From Penicillus capitatus (taxonomy: Eukaryota > Plantae > Chlorophyta): DNA of 64,000 nt. The notes beneath the pieces are model-generated. The model did not search any database, was not told the DNA's origin, and was given only the letters and a program-made list of their open reading frames with translations. The position numbers and the translations under genes are program-made. Shown here in pieces: positions 1 to 12,024 of this stretch (positions are counted from its first letter, which is position 1; each line of letters begins with the position of its first letter). Where the stretch lies: positions 434,001 to 498,000 of the forward strand of contig OZ287702.1 of NCBI GenBank assembly GCA_965649825.1, written 5' to 3'.

Positions 1-495
1 TTCTGTATGATCTGTTTTTGTCTCGACGCGTGTCTGACACTCCTCTGCTGTCTCAGGTGGCTGTGATAGCATAGAGAATGCCACCGATGATAGATGGGGG
101 GATCTGTGTATCGTCCGTTTTTAAATCTTATGGCATGAGCTGACTGGATCAAGACGCTGAGCCTTGCTTTGATCACCTGAAGCTTATTCTGACAAATGGC
201 GCATCTGTCGTGTTTGCGTCATCGGCATTGCGTTTGCCGGATATCATGGACATTCTGCTTCACTCTTTCATCAATTTATAAGGCAGATGCGTGACGCTCT
301 TCTGAGAATGAGCAGTACTTGTCTTTGTAATTTTGACTCGTAGACCATTCAGTAATAGAGGAGCCGTATTTCAGCAGGGAGTTAACTTTTGTCCCTAAAC
401 GCCGACCCATCGAACGAACGAACATACATCGCTCGCTGTACGGAGAAAATCCTTAAGTACTGCTGTCGCTGTTTGCCGGCTTCTGTGCTGCCGTC

Positions 496-2298
496 ATGCG
501 TTTCAAACTCTTACCCCTTCTCTTTCTCGTCGTTGTTCTGAATCGTTGTGTCGCGCACAATGACCTCGATGCCTGGGTCATGACAGCATCGACTGAAAGT
601 GTAACGGCACAGCCGCCGGCTTTCTTGTTCTTTGACGCCACGGCAGCGACACCCAGACCCGTTTCAAACGGAGAGCGTTCCTACCATCAAAGCATGTGCT
701 CATGGAATGCCCGGGATGGCGAATGCGTACCGGACGACTGGTACATCTTTTCACTCGTTGAGCACTCCACCAGCGAACTTGGCCATCTCTATGCTCCCTT
801 CCTCGTACACGCCCTCTATCAGCTGGCAATGCTGACCTGCAAGGCAATGGTGTTAGGAAATGACATATGAAATGGATACTGTCAAAGAAACACGAGCCAA
901 GACACTCATGTAATACTCTTCGCCAGAGAGATGCCATACAGACCACCATCTTTTGCAGACAAACATCGTATATGGACAGAATTGCAGAGCATTTGGGACA
1001 CTATGCCTCGTCTCCTTGTTTCAACGATGTCTCCACTTTGTGGCAACTGACGACAAAAAGCAGCACGTGTCGCAATCTGAAGCACAAAACAGATTGCTTT
1101 GCGGAACCGTCCTGCACTTGGTACCCGCCCCACCATAGATGTCCCGTCTCCCTCTTCAAGACGGCCTCCCTGTTAGGTTGTGGAAAAAGAAGAGGTGTGA
1201 TTTGGATTCCTGGTACCTCCTGTACAACATCAAGAGCCAAGGCAATGTACCGAAGAAACTGGGCGATGTAAACCTGTCTCATTCTCCTCCCGAGTGAACG
1301 CAGATGCAAAATGCCAGATTGTCTTGTCATATGCTCAAGAATACATGACGGCTTTCGATGCGAAATTTGGAGAGCTCGTGATGGATGATCATCGATTTGA
1401 TTGGAACACCGTTTTGGAATGGAATATTGACTACTCTTGTCCTTTCAAAGGTCAAGCTCCGGTACCGCGTATGATCTCGGCAGCGGGCAGGTTGAGCGTG
1501 TGTATGGCGTCTTAGGTGTGTGCTTATGCCTTGGGATTTACCAAGATCTTTCCGATATCGATGTACTGTGCGCGAAAGTATCCAAGCTTCTTTCAGCTGC
1601 ACGAATGCCACACGGATCCTCTATGTCAACCCACTGTCAATCCTGGACCTATGTGCGGTCCCTCAGATCATGAGGTTGTCAGATCCAAATCCGAAGCTCT
1701 CTCTGTATCGCTCTCCATTCCAATAGCACTCCTACATCGTCAGAGTCTTTGTAGATTTTTCTCGATGGCATTGAAGACCCCTTCTTAAGGGGAATGTTCA
1801 CGGCAAGTGCCTACTGTGATGCTCACGGTGCACAGCGTGTCTGCGATCGATGCCCAGGTATGGCCATAATACAATGACCTCTTGCCCATGTGCATGTGAC
1901 AGATATGGCTTGTCGGTGGAGCCGCCGTGACGGAGCGTGTGCTGTCAGCCAGAAGTGGGTTGGATCGAAGTTGCGGAAATCGGACGTCACGGATCCTCTC
2001 TGTTTCCTCTTTACGATACCGGACAGATCCGAGTGCCTCGACATCAACAACTACTTCAGCTGTGTTCTCAGAGGAGATCAGTGCGAATGGAAGACGAGGA
2101 CAGGTATCACCCATCATTGGCTAAACATACGGATTGCGACGCATTGGCGACTGCTTAGCTGTATGCGAGCCACGCGTTCATGTCTATCTCAGAGCCATCG
2201 GCCAAGAAGATCCAGAAATGATGCTGAAGCTGCACGATGCAAAAGCAGCATGCCGCAGTCGAGAGAGGAAAACATGTTCGGCACTCCCAACGACATAA
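496..2298 (+). CDS. Secreted cysteine-rich protein of unknown family, multi-exon
   Basis: Signal peptide MRFKLLPLLFLVVVLNRCVA. A GC-AG intron at 844-887 joins the 496 and 867 ORFs in frame. Repeated C-x-C-x-W modules (CFAEPSCTW, SCVLRGDQCEW). Last exon after intron ~2104-2158 ends ...KTCSALPTT-TAA at 2298; TGTAA at 2453. Middle exons not fully resolved. Confidence 0.6.
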
Positions 2299-2575
2299 GC
2301 GCCGCCACAATCATCGATCAATCCCCGCAATTCTGTGCAAACAAGCTTATTCGATTCTAGAATATCTGATGCCGACTGATGAGGTGTGTGTCAATGATTT
2401 GTATTGTTTCACTTGGTTGGTTGGATGCATCGCATGGACGAACGGGTTCTGGTGTAAGGATGTTTGCCGGTGCGCGTACCGACACCACGATTTACCGTCG
2501 CGTTGTTCATATAAAAGCCGTCCGTTGTGTCACCACAGAAGCTCTTACTGTGTTTCAAACTCTCGTCCCGAAGAC

Positions 2576-4154
2576 ATGGCCTATTTCATCAGAAGAGAAG
2601 AAACGCCAACAAAAGCGCAGGTAATAATCGCCCATCCCTTCGGCGTTTCCGATAATCGGCGGCCATGGCGTTGCCTTGCCGGCCACGGCAGTCCCTGAGC
2701 ACATGTGCTCAACCACACCGATTTCTCGACGGCGTTGATTGTTGCGCCATTGCCCCTGCGTTCGATGTCGTTCCATCACGATGCGCTTCGAGATTTTCGA
2801 ATAACCGCTTCGCTCGCCGAGCTCTCTACACCGTTGTCTGCTTTTCTCTGCGATGCGTTTTGTTCTCTATCGACGACCGACCGTTTTGCTTTGTAGCTTA
2901 CCCTACGCCGTCAGCCTTCGCCACCCGTCGTCGAAGAACCCAAGGTAAAATCAATACCGTCATCCATTCCGCTTCCTTCGACGCCGTGCCGTGGACAGGA
3001 GGAAGAGAAACCAATCGAGGCAGCATTCAATGGCGTCGGTCGCGAGATTGGTAAACACATCAGCAGGGAAAGGACATGGATTGGAAGGTCCGTCGCAGGT
3101 GGCATGGAGGGACGATCGCGTACAGGAACTGACGCAGCCGTCACCGAAAAGACGGTCGCTGCGATGCAGAAACTCAAACTCGTGCTCAAGAAACGCGGAA
3201 CACACGGAATCATCACCCTCGGACGCAAATTCAAATCAATGGATGACGACAACAGCGGCTCCTTAGGTGAAACTCTCGCACACATCGCCGCTGTCCTCTC
3301 AAGTCCGGCGTTATGGGTCTAGACTACAGTGAGTTCCGCAAGGCGATGAAAGAGATGGAATTCAACGAAAGCGAAACACAAGCTCTCTTTCGTTTCTTCG
3401 ATCGCGACTGCAATGGCTACATCTCCTACGATGAATTCATTACGGGATTGCGCGGGACGCTGAACGAGAGGCGAAGAAATCTTGTGTTCATGGCGTTTAA
3501 AGTACTCGACAAGAGTGGCGACGGTGTCGTCGAGGTTCAAGATCTGGTCGGACGCTACGACGCCTCGAAGCATCCAGATGTTTTGAGTGGAAAGAAGAAG
3601 AAGATAGAAGTGATTCGCGAATTTATGGATGTCTTTGATGGCGGCGAGAAGGACGGCATCATCACACCGACAGAATTCGCCCAATACTACTCGTGTGATA
3701 TCTGATGTCCATCTGCATCTCGATAGGGGTGGTGCTGTTTGATAGGGCTATCAGTGCCAATGTCGATTTGGATGATTATTTTGAACTGATGATCCGCAAT
3801 GCATGGCACATCAGCGGAGGCGAAGGATGGTGTGAAAATACAACGAATCGCCGTGTGCTTGTCACACACGAAGACGGATCTCAGGCAATGTCAATCTCAC
3901 ACTTTTCTCTCACATAATTCGTGATCCAGACGGTGGAGGAAATAAAGAACGACTTCGATGTGGACAAGGATGATAAGGAGGCGATGAAGAGTAATTTGGA
4001 AGAGCAAGGTATTCAGGCGGTATCGCTCGATACGACGGGCAAAGTTGATGCGCCCACACCGACGCCGCCGGCGGCAAATAATCCGAAACGTGGCGGTCGA
4101 AGCGATTTGCATGACAACAGAGCGAAGATGACGCACAGCAGCATTACCTTCTGA
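2576..4154 (+). CDS. Calcyphosin-like EF-hand calcium-binding protein
   Basis: EF loops DDDNSGSLDYSE (spliced), DRDCNGYISYDE, DKSGDGVVEVQD; NAWHISGGEGWCENTTNRRVLVTHEDGSQ|TVEEIKND. Introns 2621-2896, ~3268-3322, ~3691-3744 and GC-AG 3885-3929. Confidence 0.85.
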
Positions 4155-4602
4155 ACGATGTGCGCGGACAAAAACGCTCCATAAGGCGTCGCCTGTTTTC
4201 CTGTCCTGCTGCGACGTCCAATGCGTTGTGCCGTCGACCAACAACATCAGTGCGCATGCATGAGGCGTCTCTGATTCTGTTGTCAATCGGTCAAGATGTA
4301 GAAGACTGCGGAAGCTGTAATTTGTCAATAAACATGGAAATTGTTACCATCTTTACGACCACCACTCATCGCCATGCTTTCCATTACGTACGACAGAAGT
4401 CGGATGTCCTTCGTCGCGTGACAGCGACGTTTCGATCATCGTCGATCGTCTCGAACACGGCGCGATTCGATCGAATCGTATCGAAAATCGAGTTCTTGAA
4501 GCGCGATAAAAATCTCGTCGATCGCTGTCTTACAAAAATCTGGCTATGCGATCGACATCGATCAATCTTCTTTGAGGCGCATATTCTAGAAGCGTGACTT
4601 CT

Positions 4603-4851
4603 TCAATTAGCATCTTCGCAGGCGTCGATCCAGTCGCAATAGACATCGACTGGCTCACTCAGTTCGGTAATGACCGTCGCGAACGATTCGTGACAGACAT
4701 CGCACTTCACCACGCCAACAAGTTTATCTTTATTCAGGGTGCAGTTGACGGCTTCGGTCGCACTGCAGAAGGGACAATCAAAAGCCGTTGGTAATTTTTC
4801 TTTCGGCTTCGTCGAGACACCAAAACTCGTACTCTTTTTTCGTCGACCCAT
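4603..4851 (-). CDS. ELF1: Transcription elongation factor ELF1 (Zn ribbon)
   Basis: MGRRKKS...FDCPFC...CDVC...LSEPVDVYCDWIDACE; single exon, 82 aa. Confidence 0.95.
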   Translation of the reverse strand: MGRRKKSTSFGVSTKPKEKLPTAFDCPFCSATEAVNCTLNKDKLVGVVKCDVCHESFATVITELSEPVDVYCDWIDACEDAN

Positions 4852-5300
4852 ACCCTTCTTTATCGATCGCAACAGAACGACGGATAGATGTTTGGCAAAT
4901 AACACCGATACCTCTGCAGAGGACGTTCAGAACGACGTCGAAAACGCGAAAAAACGATCGCACGCACGAACAGACGCACGACCAAACGAACAAACTTACA
5001 CGCACACAGGCGTCACGTCTGAAGGCCGAGAAGTGACAGGATCTATATCTCCCTCGGTCTTTTCGCCGAGAACGCCTTCCTGTACGCAACCAATGACGAT
5101 CGCTGTGTTTTGGGGCCCACAGGGAGGGCCCTTGCTGAATCAGCATCCTTCAAGATGTCCATGGCATCTGTGGTTCTCTGAAAGGACGTCGTTTTCGCAG
5201 CATGCGCTACCGTTGAAGAGACATCCGATTCTTACTAGTGTTCGACTTTTTGACCCATCCACTGAAGCGAACGCAGAAAAGCGTCGTCGTAACGTACCAC

Positions 5301-5821
5301 ATGCGTTCGTTCGTCGCTTCTGGGTTCTTTTTTCGTAAAGTTCTGAAATCTCTGCAGTACGCTTCGTTCTTTCTTCGGCATGCGCGTCGAGAGGCTATTA
5401 TTTATAGGAAGCCACTCAAAGTTTTCAAGACAGAACAGCGTTGTTCGCACGATACGCTCACCGTCTCCTGCGTCTGGTGCCGCACACCTTTCTTCAAGGT
5501 AGCCCACCCCTTCGCATCAACTCCCCATCATTGCCCATTGAATGTGACAGTACCGTCGGTCATCGCAAGGATCGCCGCCTACGATCTGTTTTCGTCATCA
5601 AATCGTCGAAGTCCATCTTTCTTGCGCAAATAAAGCGCGCAACGATGTGTTGGATACAGGATCTGACAAACGGCAAAGGGCGATGTCCACTGTGCGAGCA
5701 AAAATTCGGCAGATGTGTACATATCGACGGGGCACCTGCTTACATTCTACACAGGCGCAGCGTACGTATTTTTGAAGATCGGCGACGGTCCAGACGCACC
5801 CGACTGCAAAAGGCGTTTTGA
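5301..5821 (+). CDS. Small zinc-binding protein resembling the DUSP12/YVH1 C-terminal Zn domain
   Basis: Spliced reading CVWCRTPFFK|DRR...SIFL...W...GRCPLCEQKFG...PAYILHRRSV with a GT-AG intron at ~5498-5569. Start codon uncertain. Confidence 0.5.
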
Positions 5822-5833
5822 TTTCTCTTAGCA

Positions 5834-6765
5834 CTACTCAGAGGCGACAGGTCGTTTTTCCATAACACGATCAATGAGTCCATATTCAACTGCCTCCTCG
5901 GCAGATAGAAAATGATCGCGTTCCAGCGTCTCCTCTAATGTTCAACCAGTATCAGTTGAGGGTTAGATGAGGGAGATGACCTATTCTTTTGATATCCTGG
6001 CTCGTGTGTTTAGCATAGAGTTGATTCAGACGTTTCCTCAGTTTAAGGATCTCTTGTGCGTGTATTGCGATGTCGCTTGCCTGGCCCTGAGCACAACACC
6101 TGTGCTGAGAGGACTAACGGGGACCGAGAGGAGATACCGTAGCGCCGCCACTGGGCTGGTGCAACATGATGCGAGCATTCGGCAACGCACACCGTTGTCC
6201 TGCATCTCCAGCCGCCAGGATGAGAGATGCCATCGATGAAGCTTGTCCCACACACAATGTATGCACCGGACACTGAATGTACTACGTCACCCGCAACTTC
6301 TTTCTGCCATCTCGTAGCAGGCAGAAGTGACCTGCATTGTGTCGTAGATAGCCAGACCGGACGTGACGACGCCGCCTGGAGAATTGACATACATGCTGAT
6401 CTACAGAGCAGTTGGTTGGAAGTTGGGAGTGCCGCGTCCGGTAGTGTACGAACCGGTTTCTCAGGGTTCTCCGACTCAAGGTAGAGCATCTGAGCGACGA
6501 CGACGTTGCTGACGGGGTCTTCTATGATCCCATTTAAACAGATGATGCGCTCGCGCAGAAGACGCGAATAGATGTCGAAGGCACGTTCGCCCTTCGGACT
6601 GTGTTCGATCACCATGGGGATCAGACTGCTGAAAGGACATCCTTCCAGCAGCGGCTGCGTGAGTCGTCGAGCAAGGCGAAGCATAAGGAAAAGCGAAGGC
6701 GCCCTGCTGGTTGTGGATAATGGGACCATTTTAGCCTGCCGCGTGTACCGCCTGAATGAAGCCAT
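5834..6765 (-). CDS. CLPP: ATP-dependent Clp protease proteolytic subunit, mitochondrial type
   Basis: [32 protein letters not shown]...[15 protein letters not shown]|[10 protein letters not shown]...GQASSMASL...[12 protein letters not shown]; 4-5 GT-AG introns; TAG at 5834-5836. Confidence 0.95.
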
Positions 6766-7393
6766 GGCGGTGGTCCTGTCACTTCGACATTCCGAGGCAC
6801 CGAAGACTCGATGAATAGGGTCGACGCGTGCTCATTTCGCATTGTCAGCATTTCATTTACGAAGGATCTCCGCGTCTTGAGTTTTCAAAATCGTTCGGTG
6901 GGCGGTCCCGAGGGTCGGTAGACAAAATCCTGTGGACTAGAGAGTGGTCCCTAAAACCAAAATAGTCGACCGAGAAGTGACGTCGCAGACAAGTAAGGAA
7001 CTCCAAGACATACGTTCATTAACCGACACCACAATGCTTTGCAACATGTTTTCACTGAACTTAACACAAACGACCCGGAAGCGAAGAGTGACCCCTTTTC
7101 TCAGACGTCTGCAGAGATTTCCGTTGCAGCTGACACGCCTCGTGGTTGGTTGGGAATCGAATCAGACCGTTTTCTCAGTTATTTTTAAAAAAAGCGTACG
7201 TGCGTCAGGCTTAGGGCACTATTTATTTTCGCCTTCGTAGTGCTGCCCCACAGCCTTCGCGTTTTCACTGGGCTCAGTGGTTTCGTCTCCGCACCTTTTC
7301 TCGCTGGGAGGAGAGTTGATTTTTCGCCTTTAGTAGTGCCTGCGTTTAAACGTAACACGGCAGACGTACTAGAGCGACTTAGAATTTTGGAGA

Positions 7394-9076
7394 AGTACGT
7401 GTTCTGATCTGTCTTTACGTTCGTCATAACGTTATCCGCGGGACACGTAATGTCCCAGCGGCCTAGAGCTGTGGAACAACGAACACTCGGTTGCACCCGT
7501 TCGGTGCCTTTTCGTGCGAACACGGACGGAAAATTTACTGACACGTTATGTGACCGCGAATCTGCGAAAGACACGCGCATCATGCCGTGCCTTCGACGCA
7601 TCTCGACCTCCCTTTGCTAACAGAGGACGGTGTGTTCTAGTGGGCCGCCGAAAGATCAACATCGTATCCATCGAAGACGACCGCAGTCGCCAAGTGAGAA
7701 ACGAGCATCCGTTTCGCGTAGTGATGTGCTGTGGCGAATCGCGCAGGTTACCTTCACAAAACGCAAGAATGGCTTGATGAAAAAGGCAATGGAGTTGTCG
7801 GTGCTGTGCAACTGCCGCATCGGCCTGATTCTTTTCGATGGAAATGGCAGACTCCATGATTTCACCACAGAAGACATGCGATCGTTGGTGTCTGACTATT
7901 TTGCCAAAGAACTCTATGAGACGAATACAAAAGAAGAGGTCAGAAATCATGCATAGATAGATGCATGTATGTCGATTTCTTGCTGACTGACGGCGTCTAT
8001 GTTTTAGCTCTACCGCCGCTATAACGCAAAGGAGGCCGTTCAAGCCTCAGCGAACAAAGCTGAGCTGTATGTAAGAAGTCGCTGTCATGCCCTGTCCTGT
8101 CGATCAACTTCGTCGCCTGCTGTGTGATCAGGAGGACAGCAAAGTTGATGGTGTATCAGCTGATGCCGAGAGAACTGACGAGACAGTGGTTGACGTAGAA
8201 AGCAACAGCGACATCAATAACATGGATATCAGTCGCGCAAGCTCGACACACACAGGACAGAAAATAGAAACTAGACGCAGAGTGAGATCGAATACCCAGC
8301 CATCAAACCGAGGAAGTGTGACCTTATCGTTATCGACCTATCCATATGTATGAGATCGCGTTTGTGTCGTTTCAGGAACACGTACCCACGATACTCGTCG
8401 TGTCGCTGTTGCGCGTCCTTGCACCAGCTGGCCGTCGTTTGCCGCCCAGCCTTCATCCTTCGTTCAAGGATCTGCGTTCAGCGGCGGCTTGGATCAAGGA
8501 AAAGTGTATAACTGCAACAGAGTTTTCAAAGAGGAGCCTTACAGTGCGCCTCAACAAATTCTTCGTCTGGAAGACAATCCCGCGTTCCTGATGAGCATCC
8601 CTCGTCCCGAAAACGACGGACTGTACGGAATGCCCGTGCCCTCGCTTGGGCAAGACAATAGTGCTCAGAGATCAGAGCAGCGATTTGTCGGCAATGCTCC
8701 GCCGACGAGCTGCTCTCAGATCTGTGTTCTCAACCCTGACGGTGGAAAGATCGTGGACGTCTATGGAAACCTCAAGCATCTTCCCTTGGCCCCGACACTG
8801 ATACCGTCTCCCGCCGGAAGAATGGCTTCAGGGCCGAATCCACAAGAAATGCCATCCATTCCTGGACCTACAACATTTTCGTTCTTTGACTGCTTAGCCG
8901 ACGGCAGGAATGCCCATCTGGGTGGCCTTCAGCCGTTCTCTGTAGATAACAGCCTCGCGCAGAATGCATACAGTGACGCACCACAAGATGCCATGTGCTT
9001 GCAAAATCTGTTTAGGAATGGAACACCGCCGTCTTACAATTTTCCTTCCACCGCTAGACATAATTCTCAGTCATAA
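7394..9076 (+). CDS. MEF2-type (type II, no evident K-box) MADS-box transcription factor
   Basis: GRRKINIVSIEDDRSRQ|VTFTKRKNGLMKKAMELSVLCNCRIGLILFD with the intron after RQ (7694-7746). Start codon A(7394)|TG(7641-7642) reconstructed across intron 7395-7640. Further introns 7939-8007, ~8072-8131 and ~8316-8375 join to the 8489-9076 ORF. Confidence 0.9.
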
Positions 9077-9598
9077 CCAGTCGGTGACGTGGAATTCATG
9101 CTGGTCATAAATTTGCAGCTGTCGGACAGACAGCCATTTCCGTAGTGGACGAATGAGCACTTCTGAACGCGGATTCAATCCATGTGGGCAAATGTGCATG
9201 TCTGTTGATGTTTAAGGGATGTGTCCTGATGGACCGCTGTTTTTTCCTTTTCCAATACTCTAACAGCGCTGATATCTGTTCGAGTCATTGTCTGATCGTA
9301 GCGGAAAACAAAGATGAAGCACAGAGTTTTCCGCCGTCGAGAAGTGACCTACCTGTATGTAGCTGCCAATCATGACCTTTTCTCTGCTATCTTTCTGAAC
9401 CGAACCATTCATTATGATTATATCTCTAAAAATCGAACATTTTTTTCGCTGGGACTTTTTACACGTAGCTTGCGACGCGTATGGACATCTCACATGGACA
9501 AAACGATCCCGTATTCAAACTGACAGTACTCTTTAAAGCATCTTTTTGTCTTTAATTGTTGGATCGTTCACATCAGACCACTTCTCTCTTGCTACCAC

Positions 9599-10144
9599 TC
9601 ATGAAGAAGAGACGAGAACGCCTTGACTCGATGAGGCGGCGGCGCCGTCATCCACATCCTTCTCTTTCGTTCCGCCCTCTGCTTCGCCCTCTCCCTGCAC
9701 GAACGCACACATGTCTGCCGATCCCACATCGCCACACAGCGACTTTGATGCGTATCTTGTACTTCTTCTGAAAGGCCGATAGTGCAGCGCATTCTTTGTT
9801 ATGCTGTTCGGCGAGTTTCTCTAACACCTGTCAGTCACATCATTGATGGCATGAAGTGACGGTGCTGTAAGTGGAGAGACAGTTTGAAGTCCTTGCTCCG
9901 TCTGCTTGACATCAGGGATGACCTCGCCGACCGTTCTTTCGACCAGGACATCGCCCACCAGTCGATAGCATCGCCGTGAGCTTTCCATGGGCTCCAGTGC
10001 TTTGAGCACGGCTTCGTATTCGGATAACTCAGAGCGCAGTTCGTTGATCTTAGTCCACAATACCTCGACACCTTCATGCATCGATACATAACGCTGGACG
10101 ATTTCGGTATGATTCTTAAACTCTTCTCCCTCGCCAGTCGCCAT
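9599..10144 (-). CDS. PFD2: Prefoldin subunit 2
   Basis: EYEAVLKALEPMESSRRCYRLVGDVLVERTVGEV; two introns; C-terminus ...SSSQGVLVSSS-TGA. Confidence 0.9.
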
Positions 10145-10196
10145 TCTAAACAAAGCAGGACGTCTGATGTGACAGGCCTTTACTGCCGCAGTGCCC
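10145..10196. promoter_or_regulatory. 52-nt bidirectional intergenic spacer between the PFD2 and ALG12 start codons
   Basis: Divergent ATGs at 10144 (-) and 10197 (+); contains TGATGTGAC at 10165-10173. Confidence 0.6.
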
Positions 10197-12024
10197 ATGG
10201 CGTTGTCTTCCGGAAGGACACGTTCTCTATGGACGCTCCTTTTGTGCATCATCTGGCTGCTGATTCTCTTGGCGCCCTATACCAAAGTGGAGGAGAGCTT
10301 CAACACGCAGGCCGTGCGAGATGTGCTGAAGCTTGGATGGAAATTCAATGGCTATGATCACAAAGAGTTCCCCGGCGTCGTCCCGCGCACCTTTCTCGGT
10401 ATTCTGACCCCATATCCAACACCCAAGGGTTGTGCGATATATACAGGCGCGATGGTTGTGGCAATGCTCTCGATGCCCCTGTTCATGATGTGCACCAAAT
10501 TGTTGGGAATGACAGACTTGATTGGACTCTACATTTCTCGTGGGATCTTGGCACGAAGTTTCCTGCACTGGATGTGGCTGGCTGCTGATCTGAGGTATAT
10601 AGGGTTGGCTCTCTGTTGAGAGCTTTGACTATATGAAGCGTGCCATTACCGCGAAATATGGACGGGCAGTGGGACAGGTCTTCCTCTTGATATCGGCGCT
10701 GCAGTTTCACTTGCCGTTCTACGCATCACGTATGCTGCCCAATACGTTTGCCATGATCTTGACCAATGTGGCCATGGCTGCCTGGATCCAGAATCCGCGT
10801 CAGAAATACAGCCTCTATCTTCTCCTGTTCACTATGGTTCTGCCAATCGTCTGTCGACACTCGAACGAAGCGACTGTTTCATTTCAGATCTGTTTTCGAT
10901 GTGATGTCCTGCTGCTGCTATTACCCTTTATCGCGCTTCTCCTACTCGAACGTCACATCACACTATTGGAATTGGTGTGGCATCTTTGTTTGGGTGCCTT
11001 GTTCAGTCTATCGATCACCATTTCGGTCGATTCGCTCTTCTGGGGACGCTGGGTCTGGCCAGAAGGAGAGGTCTTCTACTTCAATGCTATTCTACAAAAG
11101 TAGGGATGCCTTCTTCGTCATCATCGATCGTGTTGTCTCCCATAGGAGTGTGGAATGGGGCGAGATGCCATTTCATTGGTACTTCACGTCTGCCCTTCCC
11201 CGTTCCCTCCTCGTTGCCTATCCTCTCTCATGGATGGCACCCTTTGTCGAAAAGCGCATCCGGTCTGTCGCCCTCATTGCTCTCATCTACGTTGTGCTCT
11301 ACTCGAAGCTCAATCATAAAGAAGTGCCCCACCACTTCGTGGCTTGTGTGTGTTTCATACAGTGCATTCAGGTCCGATTTCTGTTTCCCGTTTTGCCGCT
11401 ATTCAATCTTTCGGCGTCGGCTGCTTTCGTCCGATGCTGGAGAAACAGAAGCAAGAGCATTGTCTGGAAAGGCATCCTTTTCGCCGGGATCTTTGGAAGC
11501 GTCATTTCTTATGCAGCAGCTATCCTGATGCTTCTGGCTTCGATGTATAACTACCCTGGAGGCCAGGCATTGCAGATCCTCCACACAAGACAGCATTACT
11601 CTCCTCGGATACAAACACCGATCTGCTACCCATCTGGAAAGGAGATCTCTGTGCACATTGGCACATTGCCTGCTATGACTGGCATCACGCGTTTTGCAGA
11701 ACTCCACCCGTGCTGGACTTACTCCAAAGTCTCTTCCCACAGATCCGTACCTCTTCTTTATTTTTTTCCTCTCAGGACGAAGAGCTCACCATCGACGATC
11801 TCAGTCACTCGCGTTTTGATTTCCTCATCACAGAACACACCAACATCTCGGGGTCTCTCCTCTCTTTATCACTGCGTCATCATGTTCGTTCGTTCAGATA
11901 TCGTCAAGTAGAGCAAGTGGATGGATTTGCGGGCATTAAAAGAGAGGGACTATGGATTTTGGGGTTCAAGCTGCAAGCGATGGTATATATTCTGCAGAAA
12001 GCTGATGATGTCGACGTCGGATGA
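10197..12024 (+). CDS. ALG12: Dol-P-Man:Man7GlcNAc2-PP-Dol alpha-1,6-mannosyltransferase
   Basis: [58 protein letters not shown]|[18 protein letters not shown]. About 7 introns including GC-AG 10551-10602. TGA at 12022-12024. Confidence 0.92.

Noticed and set aside
1-260. Possible 5' end of a minus-strand gene running off the left edge (MSMISGKR..., GT-AG intron)
   Set aside because: It is too short to assign and no family motif is visible.
4463-4478. Perfect 16-bp palindrome cgattcgatcgaatcg between the converging EF-hand and ELF1 3' ends
   Set aside because: The local sequence is saturated with TCGA/CGAT, so a palindrome is plausible by chance. There is no independent evidence of function.
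7630-7642. GTG start for the MADS gene as given by the ORF track
   Set aside because: The GTG overlaps a canonical acceptor (ttctag|tg) with a branch-like site, and an upstream donor supplies the A of ATG. Kept only as the refuting alternative.
11940-12020. Calicivirus-type TURBS (UGGGA) upstream of the ATGA overlap
   Set aside because: Only TGGGG and GCGGG are present, with no exact TGGGA, so viral-type reinitiation is not supported directly.
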